DNA of 64,000 bases, from the IMG/VR virus record IMGVR_UViG_3300042898_001532, positions 1 through 64,000 of that record. The stretch is one strand, 5' to 3'. Within the stretch, counting starts at the first letter, position 1; each line of letters starts with the position of its first letter. A program made the position numbers and the translations under genes. This document shows positions 27,511-38,221 of this stretch, one piece after another. The DNA comes from an uncultured virus (IMG/VR IMGVR_UViG_3300042898_001532) (lineage: Duplodnaviria; Heunggongvirae; Uroviricota; Caudoviricetes). The notes under the pieces are model-generated. The model worked only from the letters and a program-made list of their open reading frames with translations, ran no database searches and had not been told where the DNA came from.

Positions 27511-29184
27511 TTAAAAATCACAAAATCTATTTTTTCTATTAAATTGTGAATTAACATTATTTAATGAATCTAAATTCACTTTATCTGTAAACCCTCTAGC
27601 GGTATCTACAACACCCTCTACCTTACCAAATAAATTATTTACATTTTCAATCTGTTCATTTACAAACCCAGGTAATAAACTTAGTCTAGATTTTAATAGG
27701 TTAATGTTTTTTTCTTTTATTTTTTTAGTTAATACACACAATATTAATTGTTTTAATCTATTTATCACTAAAGGTAATAAATAATCGTAAATTAACCTTC
27801 GTATAATTTCACCTATAACATCTCTAATTATACACTCATATTCTTTAAGTATTTTTTTAACAGATATTTCAGTGACAGGTTTACTATTAACTAAATAATA
27901 GAATAAATTTAACATTAGTAAATTCTTAGGTGATAATACTAATTTAGTTAACACAATTTGTAGTGAGGTAATAAAATTAGATAAGAACTCACCAGATGCC
28001 CCATCTTTATCTAAGTTTTTCACATTTTCAGTTGATTCTTTAATTAAATCATCAATCGATTTAGTATATGTGTTAATTTTTTCTTGTAAATTAGAAGAAT
28101 TTTTTAAACTATCATTAATATTTTTTAATGTGTCAAATGATATAGTACTAATTTCTTTACCACAACATTTTTTAAATTTTTTCACACCCGATTTCTTCTC
28201 TTTAACTTTTTCTTTGATATTACTTAATTGTTTACTATCAAAAGTATAAAAACTCTCATCGAATTCAATTTCAACATTATCAATGCCTGCATCTATATAG
28301 TCGTCAATTGAATTCTCCAATTCTACTACCTTATTTAAACACGCCTCAGGTAATTTTATTTTATTTGTTAAAGTACCATATAAGAGATCAATTACATTAG
28401 GTATAGTTTTATCTACATCGAACAAAGGTTGTTGACTATTAAAATAATCTACTAATAGTGTAATTAATGTTTTATTTTGATAATTACTATTCAAAACTCT
28501 AATATTAAATACCCTTGGTCTAGGTTCTATATTTTGATATTCCACAGTACCATCATTTTGGGTGTATGCGATGGGACTGTTTTCATAATAACGAACCTCT
28601 AAAATCTCTTTCCCATTTGTAGGGTTAGCCCATATTAAAGGATTCCCATTTTCCTGTATAACTTCCCATAAAAATGCGTTGACATCATTAGACGAATCAC
28701 CATCATAAAATAACTTCCCTATTTCGGTGTTTGGGTTTGCGGCGAATAAACAAGTTAAGTCTAATTTATTAATTTCAATATTTATCCCAACACCCTCTAC
28801 TCCGCTAGATGGTTGTACTTGATATAACCATTCAGGTATTTTGGGTTCTATTTTACAAGCGTAACAACTTTTTATCGATTCAATAAAATTAACTGATAAA
28901 TCTTCAGAGAGAGGTTGTAATTGTTCTACTAACCAGTTTATTAACTGCATCCTCATTTCATCAAAGTTTATTCCTGACACTAAAGCTAGCACATCTGCAA
29001 GTAAATCAATTACTTTTTGACTTGGATTTAAATTAGGGACTTCAGGTATTAAATTAGGAATACTTAAATCAGGTAGATTATTACAAATAGTTTTATTTAA
29101 ATTTATCAACTCAAATATCTCCCTTTTTGCATCCGTAAAAACGTCTTTAGGTTTACATACAACATTTCTAAATTTATTGCTCAT
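27511..29184 (-). CDS. Hypothetical protein
   Basis: Long ORF in a late operon. Confidence 0.7.
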   Translation of the reverse strand: MSNKFRNVVCKPKDVFTDAKREIFELINLNKTICNNLPDLSIPNLIPEVPNLNPSQKVIDLLADVLALVSGINFDEMRMQLINWLVEQLQPLSEDLSVNFIESIKSCYACKIEPKIPEWLYQVQPSSGVEGVGINIEINKLDLTCLFAANPNTEIGKLFYDGDSSNDVNAFLWEVIQENGNPLIWANPTNGKEILEVRYYENSPIAYTQNDGTVEYQNIEPRPRVFNIRVLNSNYQNKTLITLLVDYFNSQQPLFDVDKTIPNVIDLLYGTLTNKIKLPEACLNKVVELENSIDDYIDAGIDNVEIEFDESFYTFDSKQLSNIKEKVKEKKSGVKKFKKCCGKEISTISFDTLKNINDSLKNSSNLQEKINTYTKSIDDLIKESTENVKNLDKDGASGEFLSNFITSLQIVLTKLVLSPKNLLMLNLFYYLVNSKPVTEISVKKILKEYECIIRDVIGEIIRRLIYDYLLPLVINRLKQLILCVLTKKIKEKNINLLKSRLSLLPGFVNEQIENVNNLFGKVEGVVDTARGFTDKVNLDSLNNVNSQFNRKNRFCDF

Positions 29185-29190
29185 AACTTT

Positions 29191-29571
29191 CTAATCTATG
29201 TCGTACTCAGTATTCTTATTGTTCGATTTTTCTTTAAATAATTCTCTAAGTATGTTTTTATCTTCTTCTGTTATACTACTATCAATATTATTTTGACCAT
29301 CATCTGATTTAGTACCAATTATTTGAGTCTGTAGTTTAGCTAACGCGATTTTTTTATCGACAGTACTTTCTAAAATTTTGATGGTTTCATTATTAACTTT
29401 ACCTATTTGGTATTCGTCATTAGTATCTTCTATCTCCGCTCTTTGTTTTCTTTCGTTAAGCTCTCTTCTAGCATTATTCATAATGGTATTACAATCATTA
29501 TAAATTTCTTGCATTAATTCCTGAAGACTATTCTTATCTAAATTTATTTTAGTTTTTTTAGGTCTAGCCAT
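29191..29571 (-). CDS. Helical hypothetical protein (possible small terminase)
   Basis: Coiled-coil, 126 aa, late motif upstream; function is speculative. Confidence 0.45.
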   Translation of the reverse strand: MARPKKTKINLDKNSLQELMQEIYNDCNTIMNNARRELNERKQRAEIEDTNDEYQIGKVNNETIKILESTVDKKIALAKLQTQIIGTKSDDGQNNIDSSITEEDKNILRELFKEKSNNKNTEYDID

Positions 29572-29609
29572 AAATTGTGTTTTATTATAAATATCTTTTG
29601 TTTATTTTT

Positions 29610-30344
29610 TTATAATAAATCGTTTTCTATTTTATCATTTTTGAAAAGTGAGTACATTTTTTTATATCTTCTCATACCAACCCTAATATCTTTAGTAGTT
29701 AAATCAGTAATTTCTCTGATGTATGATAAGATAAGATTTTTATTATATTTATTACCACTTTCAATTTGTTCAAATATGGTTTCCCAATCATCTAAAATTT
29801 TACATAGGGCATCTCCAACCTTAATTTCTGTTTCAGATAACTTACTATAAAGTAATTCAGATTTAATATTAGCCGATACCTCTTTAATAAAACTATCTAA
29901 TTGCATTTTTTGATCGTCTATGCAATATATCTGATTATTCATAGTTTCTATTGTCTTATGAACATCTTCATAAGAAACATCATATCTAATCTTTTTATCA
30001 TCTTTGATCAATTGACCTAAAAGATAATGTTTACAAATTGTACCAAAATAAGAATACGCCTTTTTATTCTTATCCGGTTTAAAGTTGTGCATTTTAGTTA
30101 TTAGAAATGATAGAGTATCCGAATGGACATCTTCATATTCGTATTCTTTTCTGTACAACTTATACCTCCTTATGATGGACTCAACCATCTTATTTATCGG
30201 GTTTTTTAGAAATTCATTATAAATTTTATTTCTTTCACTATATGACTCACTTGTTAAAAACTTAACTACTGCTTCCTCTTGGTCTGGACCAAAATATAAA
30301 TTTGATGTTCTCTTTCTACCCCTTTTTTTGGGTTCTTCAGACAT
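29610..30344 (-). CDS. Phage sigma factor for late transcription (gp55-like)
   Basis: Region-2-like DTLSFLITKMHNFKPDKNKKAYSYFGTICKHYL. Confidence 0.7.
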   Translation of the reverse strand: MSEEPKKRGRKRTSNLYFGPDQEEAVVKFLTSESYSERNKIYNEFLKNPINKMVESIIRRYKLYRKEYEYEDVHSDTLSFLITKMHNFKPDKNKKAYSYFGTICKHYLLGQLIKDDKKIRYDVSYEDVHKTIETMNNQIYCIDDQKMQLDSFIKEVSANIKSELLYSKLSETEIKVGDALCKILDDWETIFEQIESGNKYNKNLILSYIREITDLTTKDIRVGMRRYKKMYSLFKNDKIENDLL

Positions 30345-30354
30345 TACATTTTAT

Positions 30355-31137
30355 TTATACTTCATATGTTATTTCTCTATCATTAGTGAAAAAATATTCT
30401 TTCTTTGCTTTGTTCACCCAAAACTTACTTTCTAATACATCGATTGTTGACTTATATTCTACGAATAAAGAACCCTCTCTATTGTTAGTATGTTTGTAAC
30501 CTAATTTAGGTATAACCATAATAGGAATGGATAGATAAGACATTCTTAGTAAGAATTCATAAGTAAATGTAAGTTTCATATGTGATTTTAAACCACCATT
30601 ATCTAAGAAACTATCTCTTTTTACTATCATTCCATCAAAGTTAAAGTTTTGGGCTCTGAGTAATGTATTATTATCTATTCTACCAATTTCTTCTGAGAAA
30701 TCTTTAGCCCATACACTTTCATTAGTAAATGAAATAAATTTACCATTTTCATCAGTTTCATAGACAATAGGTAAAAATACACCCACTTCTGGATATGCGT
30801 TAATATATTCTACACCATTTTTAATCCATATTGGTGATACCTCATCATCATACTCTACAAAAGTGAAATAATCACCCGTACTTTTTTCTACACCATAATT
30901 AATCTGTGTTTGAAAATCATATTTTCCGGTTTCATTCTCAATGACTTTAGTAACGTCTTTGATATCACCGAAATCGTAATTATTTAAATAGTTTTTTACA
31001 CTCTCATCATTAGATGTTACAAAAATAACCTCATAAGGTTTAATCTTTTGTGATTTTATACTCTCAATACAACCGACTAAATAATTTTCTTCTAGTTTGT
31101 GTACTGGTACTACTATTGTAATATTTGACATATTCAT
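30355..31137 (-). CDS. Glycosyltransferase family 2
   Basis: ITIVVPVH, INYGV....GDYFTFVEYDD. Confidence 0.85.
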   Translation of the reverse strand: MNMSNITIVVPVHKLEENYLVGCIESIKSQKIKPYEVIFVTSNDESVKNYLNNYDFGDIKDVTKVIENETGKYDFQTQINYGVEKSTGDYFTFVEYDDEVSPIWIKNGVEYINAYPEVGVFLPIVYETDENGKFISFTNESVWAKDFSEEIGRIDNNTLLRAQNFNFDGMIVKRDSFLDNGGLKSHMKLTFTYEFLLRMSYLSIPIMVIPKLGYKHTNNREGSLFVEYKSTIDVLESKFWVNKAKKEYFFTNDREITYEV

Positions 31138-31154
31138 TTTTTTATTTTTAATTG

Positions 31155-31292
31155 TTATCTACCTTGACCTCTATAACTTTTCTTATAAAGTTCACTATTT
31201 TTAGTCTTGCTAGTTTTTGTTTTAGCGTGTACACCTTTTCTCTTTACACGAGTATTAGATACATTCTTAATTGTGGTAGCACCTTTAGCCAT
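31155..31292 (-). CDS. Small basic protein (45 aa) absent from the ORF track
   Basis: MAKGATTIKNVSNTRVKRKGVHAKTKTSKTKNSELYKKSYRGQGR; exactly fills the gap and overlaps the upstream stop. Confidence 0.8.
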   Translation of the reverse strand: MAKGATTIKNVSNTRVKRKGVHAKTKTSKTKNSELYKKSYRGQGR

Positions 31293-32424
31293 TGGTTTCG
31301 TTATTTCCTATAGTTATTAGTTCTTTTTCTTGAAGTTGGTTGTAAGTTGATTCTAACTCAACAACTCTTCTTTTAAAGATACCATCATACACTTCAGACA
31401 AAATTTCATTAGATTCTTCTTCCACATATTTGTTTTCCCATTCACTCATACCTTCCATAATGTTTTGAGGTAGTGCATCTTCTAAGTAAAGTCCCACCAT
31501 AGTTGCAATAATATCAGGAATCGCATTCATATTAGGAGTCCATATACCGTTGTCATTTAGGTTTAGGTTACCATTTTGATCGATAGATCCCATCCATTCA
31601 GGAATCATTCTAGGAATTTTACCAATGACAGGTGTATTAGATTTCATACACTCTAACGGGAATGTCCCAAAACTTGATAATTCATCTACCCAAACACCTA
31701 AGAAAGATTGACTTAATTCTTTTGCGAAAGTTTCCCTAGGTAATCCCGCCATATCTCTGAATGACACAAATCTATAGTGAGGGTATTTCTGATAAAATAC
31801 TTTTACAATTTTCAATAATTCTCTTTTATCTCTCGCAACCATCGCAACTGTAGGTATTTTAGGTTTATCACTATTTTTAAAATAAGATGGAATACTCACA
31901 GGTACTTCATCAGTTCTAATACCCCTAAATACTGAATTTGCATAATCAGAAAGATTCTTATTAGTAGTAATCACATCTCTTATCCCAAATTGTTCCCAAC
32001 CTTCACCTATTTCTAACATCTCAAAGATATATTCGTATGATTGTAGGAAAACAATTCTTTTACAAGGGAAGTTTGCGGTTTGTTTAATAATACTTGCAAA
32101 CGCTTCAGGAATAATAACAAAATCTGAAGGACCAACTTGTAATTGTTGTGATTCTATAGAGACATGTGGTAAATTTGCATATTCTTCACCTAACCACTCT
32201 GCGATACCCATACCTTCTTCATCCTCACTGAGTTTATAATCATTTTTGTCGTGAAGAATTTGAGCGTTATAACCCAGTTCTCTAAGTTGTTTTACGTGTT
32301 CGTAAATTGTTGCAACACCTGCGGTTGGATTACCTTTGGTGTCAATAGTGAAAAAATAGATACCGAAATCTTTATTGTTAATTTTGTCGATACTACTTTT
32401 AATTCTGTCTAATTGTTCACTCAT
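31285..32424 (-). CDS. GT-B fold glycosyltransferase (GT4-like)
   Basis: GVATIYEHV..L..LGY, IIPE, SSFGTFPLECMKSNTPVIG. Confidence 0.75.
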   Translation of the reverse strand: MSEQLDRIKSSIDKINNKDFGIYFFTIDTKGNPTAGVATIYEHVKQLRELGYNAQILHDKNDYKLSEDEEGMGIAEWLGEEYANLPHVSIESQQLQVGPSDFVIIPEAFASIIKQTANFPCKRIVFLQSYEYIFEMLEIGEGWEQFGIRDVITTNKNLSDYANSVFRGIRTDEVPVSIPSYFKNSDKPKIPTVAMVARDKRELLKIVKVFYQKYPHYRFVSFRDMAGLPRETFAKELSQSFLGVWVDELSSFGTFPLECMKSNTPVIGKIPRMIPEWMGSIDQNGNLNLNDNGIWTPNMNAIPDIIATMVGLYLEDALPQNIMEGMSEWENKYVEEESNEILSEVYDGIFKRRVVELESTYNQLQEKELITIGNNETNG

Positions 32425-32445
32425 AACATTTATTTGTTTTTATTA

Positions 32446-32778
32446 TTATAATTCTTTAAGTATACCTTTCATCAATAAAGTATTAAAGGCAATCTTAAAA
32501 GGTATTGTTGCATTGTTGAGTGCAACCATACCCATTTTATTATCTACTTCTTCGTTATACATCATAAGTGCACCGATCATATCACGATACATTTCATATT
32601 TTGTACCATCAATATGTAACTCAACCATGTTCGGTAGAGGTTCTTCCATTCCAGCATCACATTGACTTTCATTAACCGTCAATGGTTGTGATTCTTGTTC
32701 GATTCGAACTATTTCTGACAATCTATCAATGTCAAGGTATAATTCTTTACCTCCGATATCTAACAATAAGTTATCCAT
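32446..32778 (-). CDS. Hypothetical protein
   Basis: 110-aa ORF within an operon. Confidence 0.7.
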   Translation of the reverse strand: MDNLLLDIGGKELYLDIDRLSEIVRIEQESQPLTVNESQCDAGMEEPLPNMVELHIDGTKYEMYRDMIGALMMYNEEVDNKMGMVALNNATIPFKIAFNTLLMKGILKEL

Positions 32779-32823
32779 ATGATTTTTTTATTAAATTTAT
32801 GTAAAATTCTAAATTAGTAAATA

Positions 32824-33441
32824 TTAAATGTCCTCAAACTCGATAGTTTCTGTTCCTAATATTTTTTCTAATATTTTTTTATCATCTAAAATTTCTTTTA
32901 GATCTAAAATTGTGTAATCTGCGTCGCAATCCTTATTATAGTGATTTATAACTTTAATCGATACTTTTTCTTTTGGTTTAGTTTCTAATGTTGTTGGATT
33001 TGCAGTGATAAGAACATCCACATGTTCCCATTTTTTATGATAATCTTTAACAAAAACAATATTATTTACCTTCGCTGAAAGTTTAGATAAAAAGAATAAT
33101 GTTGCGGGTTTACTATTATTTAATTCTTTACTGATCACAATGGGTGTATGTCCCATATCTTCTATTAGATTATGTAGTTGGTTTAGGTGTTCTACAGAAT
33201 TAAGTTTTGTCTCACCTGCGTGTCCAAATATTTCTAAAGATGAATCGATATAGAGAAATCTATTAAGTTCTTCAGTACCACCACTAAATTCAAAATGTTC
33301 TAAAAGATTTAAAGTGTTAATGTCTCTCTTAGGTAATTCCTCTCCTTCTTCTAATTCCGCAAGGTAATATTTGTCATATACCGACTCAAACTTACTTATA
33401 AAATCTCTTACTACACCATCAATTGTTATTCCTATTCTCAT
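32824..33441 (-). CDS. 5'(3')-deoxyribonucleotidase-like HAD protein with a degenerate motif I
   Basis: MRIGITIDGVVRDF (DxDGV with Thr in place of the first Asp). Confidence 0.65.
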   Translation of the reverse strand: MRIGITIDGVVRDFISKFESVYDKYYLAELEEGEELPKRDINTLNLLEHFEFSGGTEELNRFLYIDSSLEIFGHAGETKLNSVEHLNQLHNLIEDMGHTPIVISKELNNSKPATLFFLSKLSAKVNNIVFVKDYHKKWEHVDVLITANPTTLETKPKEKVSIKVINHYNKDCDADYTILDLKEILDDKKILEKILGTETIEFEDI

Positions 33442-33487
33442 ATTTTAATTTTTATTAATAGTAGTAATATATAGTAATTAGTAAACT

Positions 33488-34243
33488 TTATTTACTGCTT
33501 TCTAAATCATCGAAGGTTGATTCGATGACCTTGATGATTGGGTTTCTAACTACATCATCAGGATCTCTCAATGTAACAGTACCAAATCCTTCAACACCTT
33601 CAAATTTTTCAATAATGACTTCTAAAGAACTGTCAGTTCTTTTCTTAATATCTTTTTGTTTAACATCACCTAAAATAACCATCTTTGAGTTGTCACCAAT
33701 TCGAGTCATTAAGGTTCTCATATTACTTACGGATATGTTTTGTGCCTCATCAACAATAATAATTGTGTTATCAATACTACGACCCCTAACAAAGGCTAAT
33801 GGTTGGATATTAATAATACTCAACTCCCTTAATTTTCTAGTTAAACTCTCGCCAATGATCTTTTCAAAATTATCAATAAAAGATATCATATAAGGATCTA
33901 ATTTTTCTGATAAATCTCCAGGTAAAAAACCTAATTCTTCTCCGGGTAACTGTATTACAGATTTAACCAAAAGTATTTTTTTATATTTTTCTTTTGTTTT
34001 GATTAATTTTAGGGCTTCTGCACACGCAATATATGTTTTTCCACTACCAGCCAATCCTGACGCAATAGTTATCTCATTTTCTTTTATCGATTGTACTAAT
34101 TTTTTTTGGTTTTCTGTTTTACATTTAACATTAACAAACATAGATGATAAAAATTTATCTTCTTCCATGTTTTTACTATATACGAAGGATTCGACTTCTC
34201 TAAGTTCTTCCTCTGTTAGTTTTTTATTTCGTCTTCTACTCAT
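33488..34243 (-). CDS. phoH: PhoH-family ATPase
   Basis: GLAGSGKT, LGFLPGDL.EKLDPY, AFVRGRS, IVDEAQN, TRIG, GDVKQKD, VRNP. Confidence 0.95.
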   Translation of the reverse strand: MSRRRNKKLTEEELREVESFVYSKNMEEDKFLSSMFVNVKCKTENQKKLVQSIKENEITIASGLAGSGKTYIACAEALKLIKTKEKYKKILLVKSVIQLPGEELGFLPGDLSEKLDPYMISFIDNFEKIIGESLTRKLRELSIINIQPLAFVRGRSIDNTIIIVDEAQNISVSNMRTLMTRIGDNSKMVILGDVKQKDIKKRTDSSLEVIIEKFEGVEGFGTVTLRDPDDVVRNPIIKVIESTFDDLESSK

Positions 34244-34279
34244 ATATTTAATTTACCATATTTTTATAAAAATTAAAGT

Positions 34280-35191
34280 TTATTTTCTAATATTTTCGTA
34301 ATTAGATTCAAACCACTCTATTGTTTCTTTTAACCCATCATATAGTGGAGTGAATTTAAAATCGGGTAAATAGTTTTTAATTTTAGAATTATCTGATGGT
34401 TTTCTAAATTGACCATCAGGTTTGTTAGTATCCCACTTTACCTCACCTTTGAAGTTCATTAGTTCTACAATCAATCCTACAACGTCTTTAATTGATACTT
34501 CATCAGAAGTCGATAATATAATCGGTTCATCTTCATTATAATTTTCTAAAACCCATTCAGTTAATTTAACCACATCTTTATTGTAAATAAACTCTCTAAG
34601 TGGTATCCCACTACCCCATATAGTTAATGGTGTATTAGTTTCTCTCGCAATATAACATTTATGTATTAAAGAAGGTACGACATGACCATTCTCTATATCA
34701 AAATTATCATTAATTCCATATATATTAGTAGGTATAACCGATTTGTAATTTAACCCATATTGTTCTCTGTATGACTTGATTTGAATATCTGCCATACGTT
34801 TTGCATATGCATAAGCGTCATTACTAAAATGTGGTGGACCTAGATGTATCTTTTTTTCAGTTAGTGGGTATTCCACATTATTTGGGAAGACACAAGTAGA
34901 CAAAAACACTACTAAGTCTTCTACATTATTTTTTCTACATTCTTCTATTACATTTGTATTCATCATAATATTTTGGTAGAAAAAATCACCTTTATGTTTC
35001 ATGTTACCCATAACACCACCTACCTTACCCGCACAATGTATTACCGACTTAGGTTTATTGGTACTTATCATTATATGAGTTGATATGGGATCTATTAGAT
35101 TGTAATCTTTAGAACCAAACTTTATATAGTTGGAACCTATAAATTGTGATCCGACTAAACCATTTCCGCCAGTAACTAAAATCTTAGACAT
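34280..35191 (-). CDS. fcl: GDP-L-fucose synthase
   Basis: ILVTGGNGLVG, AGKVGGV..N, LSTCVFP, YAYAKR, PTNIYG, WGSG.PLREF. Confidence 0.93.
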   Translation of the reverse strand: MSKILVTGGNGLVGSQFIGSNYIKFGSKDYNLIDPISTHIMISTNKPKSVIHCAGKVGGVMGNMKHKGDFFYQNIMMNTNVIEECRKNNVEDLVVFLSTCVFPNNVEYPLTEKKIHLGPPHFSNDAYAYAKRMADIQIKSYREQYGLNYKSVIPTNIYGINDNFDIENGHVVPSLIHKCYIARETNTPLTIWGSGIPLREFIYNKDVVKLTEWVLENYNEDEPIILSTSDEVSIKDVVGLIVELMNFKGEVKWDTNKPDGQFRKPSDNSKIKNYLPDFKFTPLYDGLKETIEWFESNYENIRK

Positions 35192-36179
35192 ATATAATAT
35201 TTTTTTCATTATAATATGTTAACCAATACGATATCATTTCATCTAACATAGTTTCGAAAGTATATTCAGTTACCCACCCTAATTCTTCCCTTAATTTTGT
35301 AGAGTCCCCTTTTAAGTTTTCTAATTCCTCAGGTCTCATATGTTTTTCATCAACTATAATGTAATCTTTATAATCTAAACCTAATTTTTTAAAGGTGTAT
35401 TCACATAAATCGCTAACTGAGTGTGACACACCTGTTGCGCATACATAATCTGTCGGATTATCTGTTTGCAACATCATCCACATTGCTTTAACGTAGTCTT
35501 TAGCATGACCCCAATCCCTAGTAGCGGATAGATTACCTAACGATAGTTTTTCTTGTAACCCTAACTTAATTTTAACTGCTGCCTTAACAACTTTATTTGT
35601 TACGAAATTAGTACCCCTACGAGGAGATTCGTGATTAAATAGAATACCGTTCCATATTTTCATACCATAAGAATTTCTATAATTTCTACAGATATTATAT
35701 GAAAATACTTTTGCACACCCATATGGGGATACTGGATTCATAGGTGTGGTTTCTCTTTGGTATCCATCGGAATCAATGGAATTTCCAAACATTTCAGATG
35801 AAGATGCCTGATAAATTTTCGAATGTGGGGATACCATTCTTATCACCTCTAAAAGATTAAGTGTGCCCACACCAGTAACATTTGCAGTACATATTGGTTG
35901 ATCGAAACTAATTCTAACGTGTGATTGTGCTGCCAAATTATAAACTTCATCTGGTTGTACTTTAGATAAAATTCTAATTAACGATGCCATATCCGTTAAA
36001 TCCGCATACTCTAAATTTATTAAATTACCATCTCTTAAAGATTCAATTCTCGATGATTGTGTTTCAGATACTGAGTTTCTTTTCACAGTTCCCCAAACCT
36101 CATATCCCTTTTCTAAAAGAAATTCTGCCAAATATGAACCATCTTGCCCATTAATTCCAGTTATAAGTGCTTTTTTCAT
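35184..36179 (-). CDS. gmd: GDP-mannose 4,6-dehydratase
   Basis: ALITGINGQDGSYLAE, YNLAAQSHV, QASSSEMFG, SPYGCAK, FNHESPRRG, RDWGHAKDYV. Confidence 0.97.
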   Translation of the reverse strand: MKKALITGINGQDGSYLAEFLLEKGYEVWGTVKRNSVSETQSSRIESLRDGNLINLEYADLTDMASLIRILSKVQPDEVYNLAAQSHVRISFDQPICTANVTGVGTLNLLEVIRMVSPHSKIYQASSSEMFGNSIDSDGYQRETTPMNPVSPYGCAKVFSYNICRNYRNSYGMKIWNGILFNHESPRRGTNFVTNKVVKAAVKIKLGLQEKLSLGNLSATRDWGHAKDYVKAMWMMLQTDNPTDYVCATGVSHSVSDLCEYTFKKLGLDYKDYIIVDEKHMRPEELENLKGDSTKLREELGWVTEYTFETMLDEMISYWLTYYNEKNIIYV

Positions 36180-36191
36180 TTTTTATATTTT

Positions 36192-37745
36192 TTATTTTTT
36201 ATTAAAATATTCGTTCCAATAATTATATGTTTTATAATCATCAGGTGTTCCCCAACAAATATAATCCTCAACCTCAAAAACTTTTACTGTTAATCCCATA
36301 TCTATATTTTGATTTAAAACATCATCAACATAAAATTCGTTATTAGTTCTAATATTTTTTTCTTTATTATTTTTTAAACCATTTAAAAAATATTTTGCCT
36401 TCCTAAAAAACATTGTGCCTACTATTGCGTGAGTTGTTAATGGATCATCATAAATGAAATTTTTACACGAAACATGCCTAATGTTATCATCGTCATCAAC
36501 ATCCAACCAAGCATAACTATTCGGATTAAGTTTACTTGTTTGATTGTTTCTAAATGACCAAACTAAAACATCAATACTTTCATCGAATAACATTTCTTGA
36601 CATTTTTCTACATTATAATATATACCATTATCACATGCAGATATTAAAATAGGGTTTTCAGGGTTAATAGTACCCATACCTAATTCACAAGTACAGGCTT
36701 GTCCTTCGGTAACATAGTCTAATTCAACTACTGAATGATTCGAATAGTATTTTTTTATAATTGAGTTTATGTCAAAGTTATCTGTATGTTCTTTCCTAAC
36801 AATAAAAATATTATTTTCACAAGTAGGTAAATCTTCTACCGCTTTTATTACCATAGGTTTATCTTCTACATCTATAAATGGTTTTGGGGTTAGGTAACCT
36901 TCTTTATAGAATCTATTTCCATTACCCGCCATAGGTAAAATTAATGTAGTATTATTAGGTGTTTTTATCTTTTTCATTTTTTCTTTTTTGAAAAAATTTG
37001 ACCAAGATTTATAAATTTCTAAATCATAAGGTGTACCCCATTGTAACATTTTTTGAATCTCAAAAATACTTACTTTTAAACCATCTTTAATTAATAAATT
37101 ATATACTAAACTTACATAATATTCACCATTAATATTTATATCTAAATCGATTAAAATTTTAAAATATTTTTTTAATAACTTACCACTTTTAAAATAATAT
37201 GTACCATTAGATGCATATTCATTCATTTTGTTTTTAGTAAAAGATTCTTTTTCTTTTATTTGTTCTAAAAACATATTTTTTTCTTTACAAAATGCATAAT
37301 TATCACCACCCAACATATGGGGGTGAAATCCCTTATAACATGCCATTGCACCATCAGAATTTTTTATTCTTACATCATCTAAAAATTGATTATAATCCCA
37401 AACAGTACCATAATCACAATAACTAACAATTACGTCTCTATTATCATCTATTGAATCGAATATTTGATAAACCGCATCCACAGGACCTTTTCTATTTTCA
37501 TTTGGTACGGTGAAAATTTTACAGTTCGGAGAAATATTTTTTAGTGTCTGTAATATATTAGTCTCATCAATATGTTTTTGATTACAAATAAATATAACAT
37601 CATCTGGCCTATTAAACAAATTAACTACATGTTCAATTATTGGTAAGTTATCTACTATTATTAAAGGTTTTGGATTCACATAACCTGCATCTATAAATCT
37701 TTTACCCATTCCTGACATAGGAATAATTATTTGTGGTTTTTTCAT
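36192..37745 (-). CDS. Tandem two-domain sugar-phosphate nucleotidyltransferase
   Basis: Two copies of IPM(S/A)G.G.RF...GY..PKP, NxE(F/Y)YV and WGTP.D. Confidence 0.85.
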   Translation of the reverse strand: MKKPQIIIPMSGMGKRFIDAGYVNPKPLIIVDNLPIIEHVVNLFNRPDDVIFICNQKHIDETNILQTLKNISPNCKIFTVPNENRKGPVDAVYQIFDSIDDNRDVIVSYCDYGTVWDYNQFLDDVRIKNSDGAMACYKGFHPHMLGGDNYAFCKEKNMFLEQIKEKESFTKNKMNEYASNGTYYFKSGKLLKKYFKILIDLDININGEYYVSLVYNLLIKDGLKVSIFEIQKMLQWGTPYDLEIYKSWSNFFKKEKMKKIKTPNNTTLILPMAGNGNRFYKEGYLTPKPFIDVEDKPMVIKAVEDLPTCENNIFIVRKEHTDNFDINSIIKKYYSNHSVVELDYVTEGQACTCELGMGTINPENPILISACDNGIYYNVEKCQEMLFDESIDVLVWSFRNNQTSKLNPNSYAWLDVDDDDNIRHVSCKNFIYDDPLTTHAIVGTMFFRKAKYFLNGLKNNKEKNIRTNNEFYVDDVLNQNIDMGLTVKVFEVEDYICWGTPDDYKTYNYWNEYFNKK

Positions 37746-38221
37746 GGGTGTAATCCTTTAGTTTTTAAATTATACTCACAGTAAGTAATATAATCGGTAC
37801 AAACACCGTATGGTATTTTATTTTTAAATTTGTTTATATCATCTATATTTAATAATGGTATTATTGTTCTTTCACAAATATTTAAATTTAGATTGTGAAC
37901 CCATATTAAATTATTACTGGTTAAAACGTAAGGATCAGAATTGTGACAAAAATATATAAAATTATTTTTATTTTCACTTAATTGTATTGCAGAATCTAAA
38001 TCTTTACAATGTAACCATAGTTTAGATTTTCTTTTTTCTAACCATAATTCACTAACCACATAATCTGGATTATCGTGACCTAAATAAAATTTATTATCAA
38101 TGAATCTTATATCCACCTCGACATCATAACCACTAGATAGGGCAATATCAATATATGACGGTGAATTTTCTTTATTAGGTAATGGTTCTTTTATGTTTCC
38201 TCTATGTGAAATTAATTTCAT
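37742..38221 (-). CDS. GDPD/PI-PLC-like phosphodiesterase
   Basis: ISHRGN, ENSP, DVEVDI, LGHD, WLHCK, GVCTDY. Confidence 0.8.
   Translation of the reverse strand: MKLISHRGNIKEPLPNKENSPSYIDIALSSGYDVEVDIRFIDNKFYLGHDNPDYVVSELWLEKRKSKLWLHCKDLDSAIQLSENKNNFIYFCHNSDPYVLTSNNLIWVHNLNLNICERTIIPLLNIDDINKFKNKIPYGVCTDYITYCEYNLKTKGLHP

Noticed and set aside
27054..27542. 162-aa plus-strand ORF
   Set aside because: Antisense to 27095-27499, which fits the minus-strand operon
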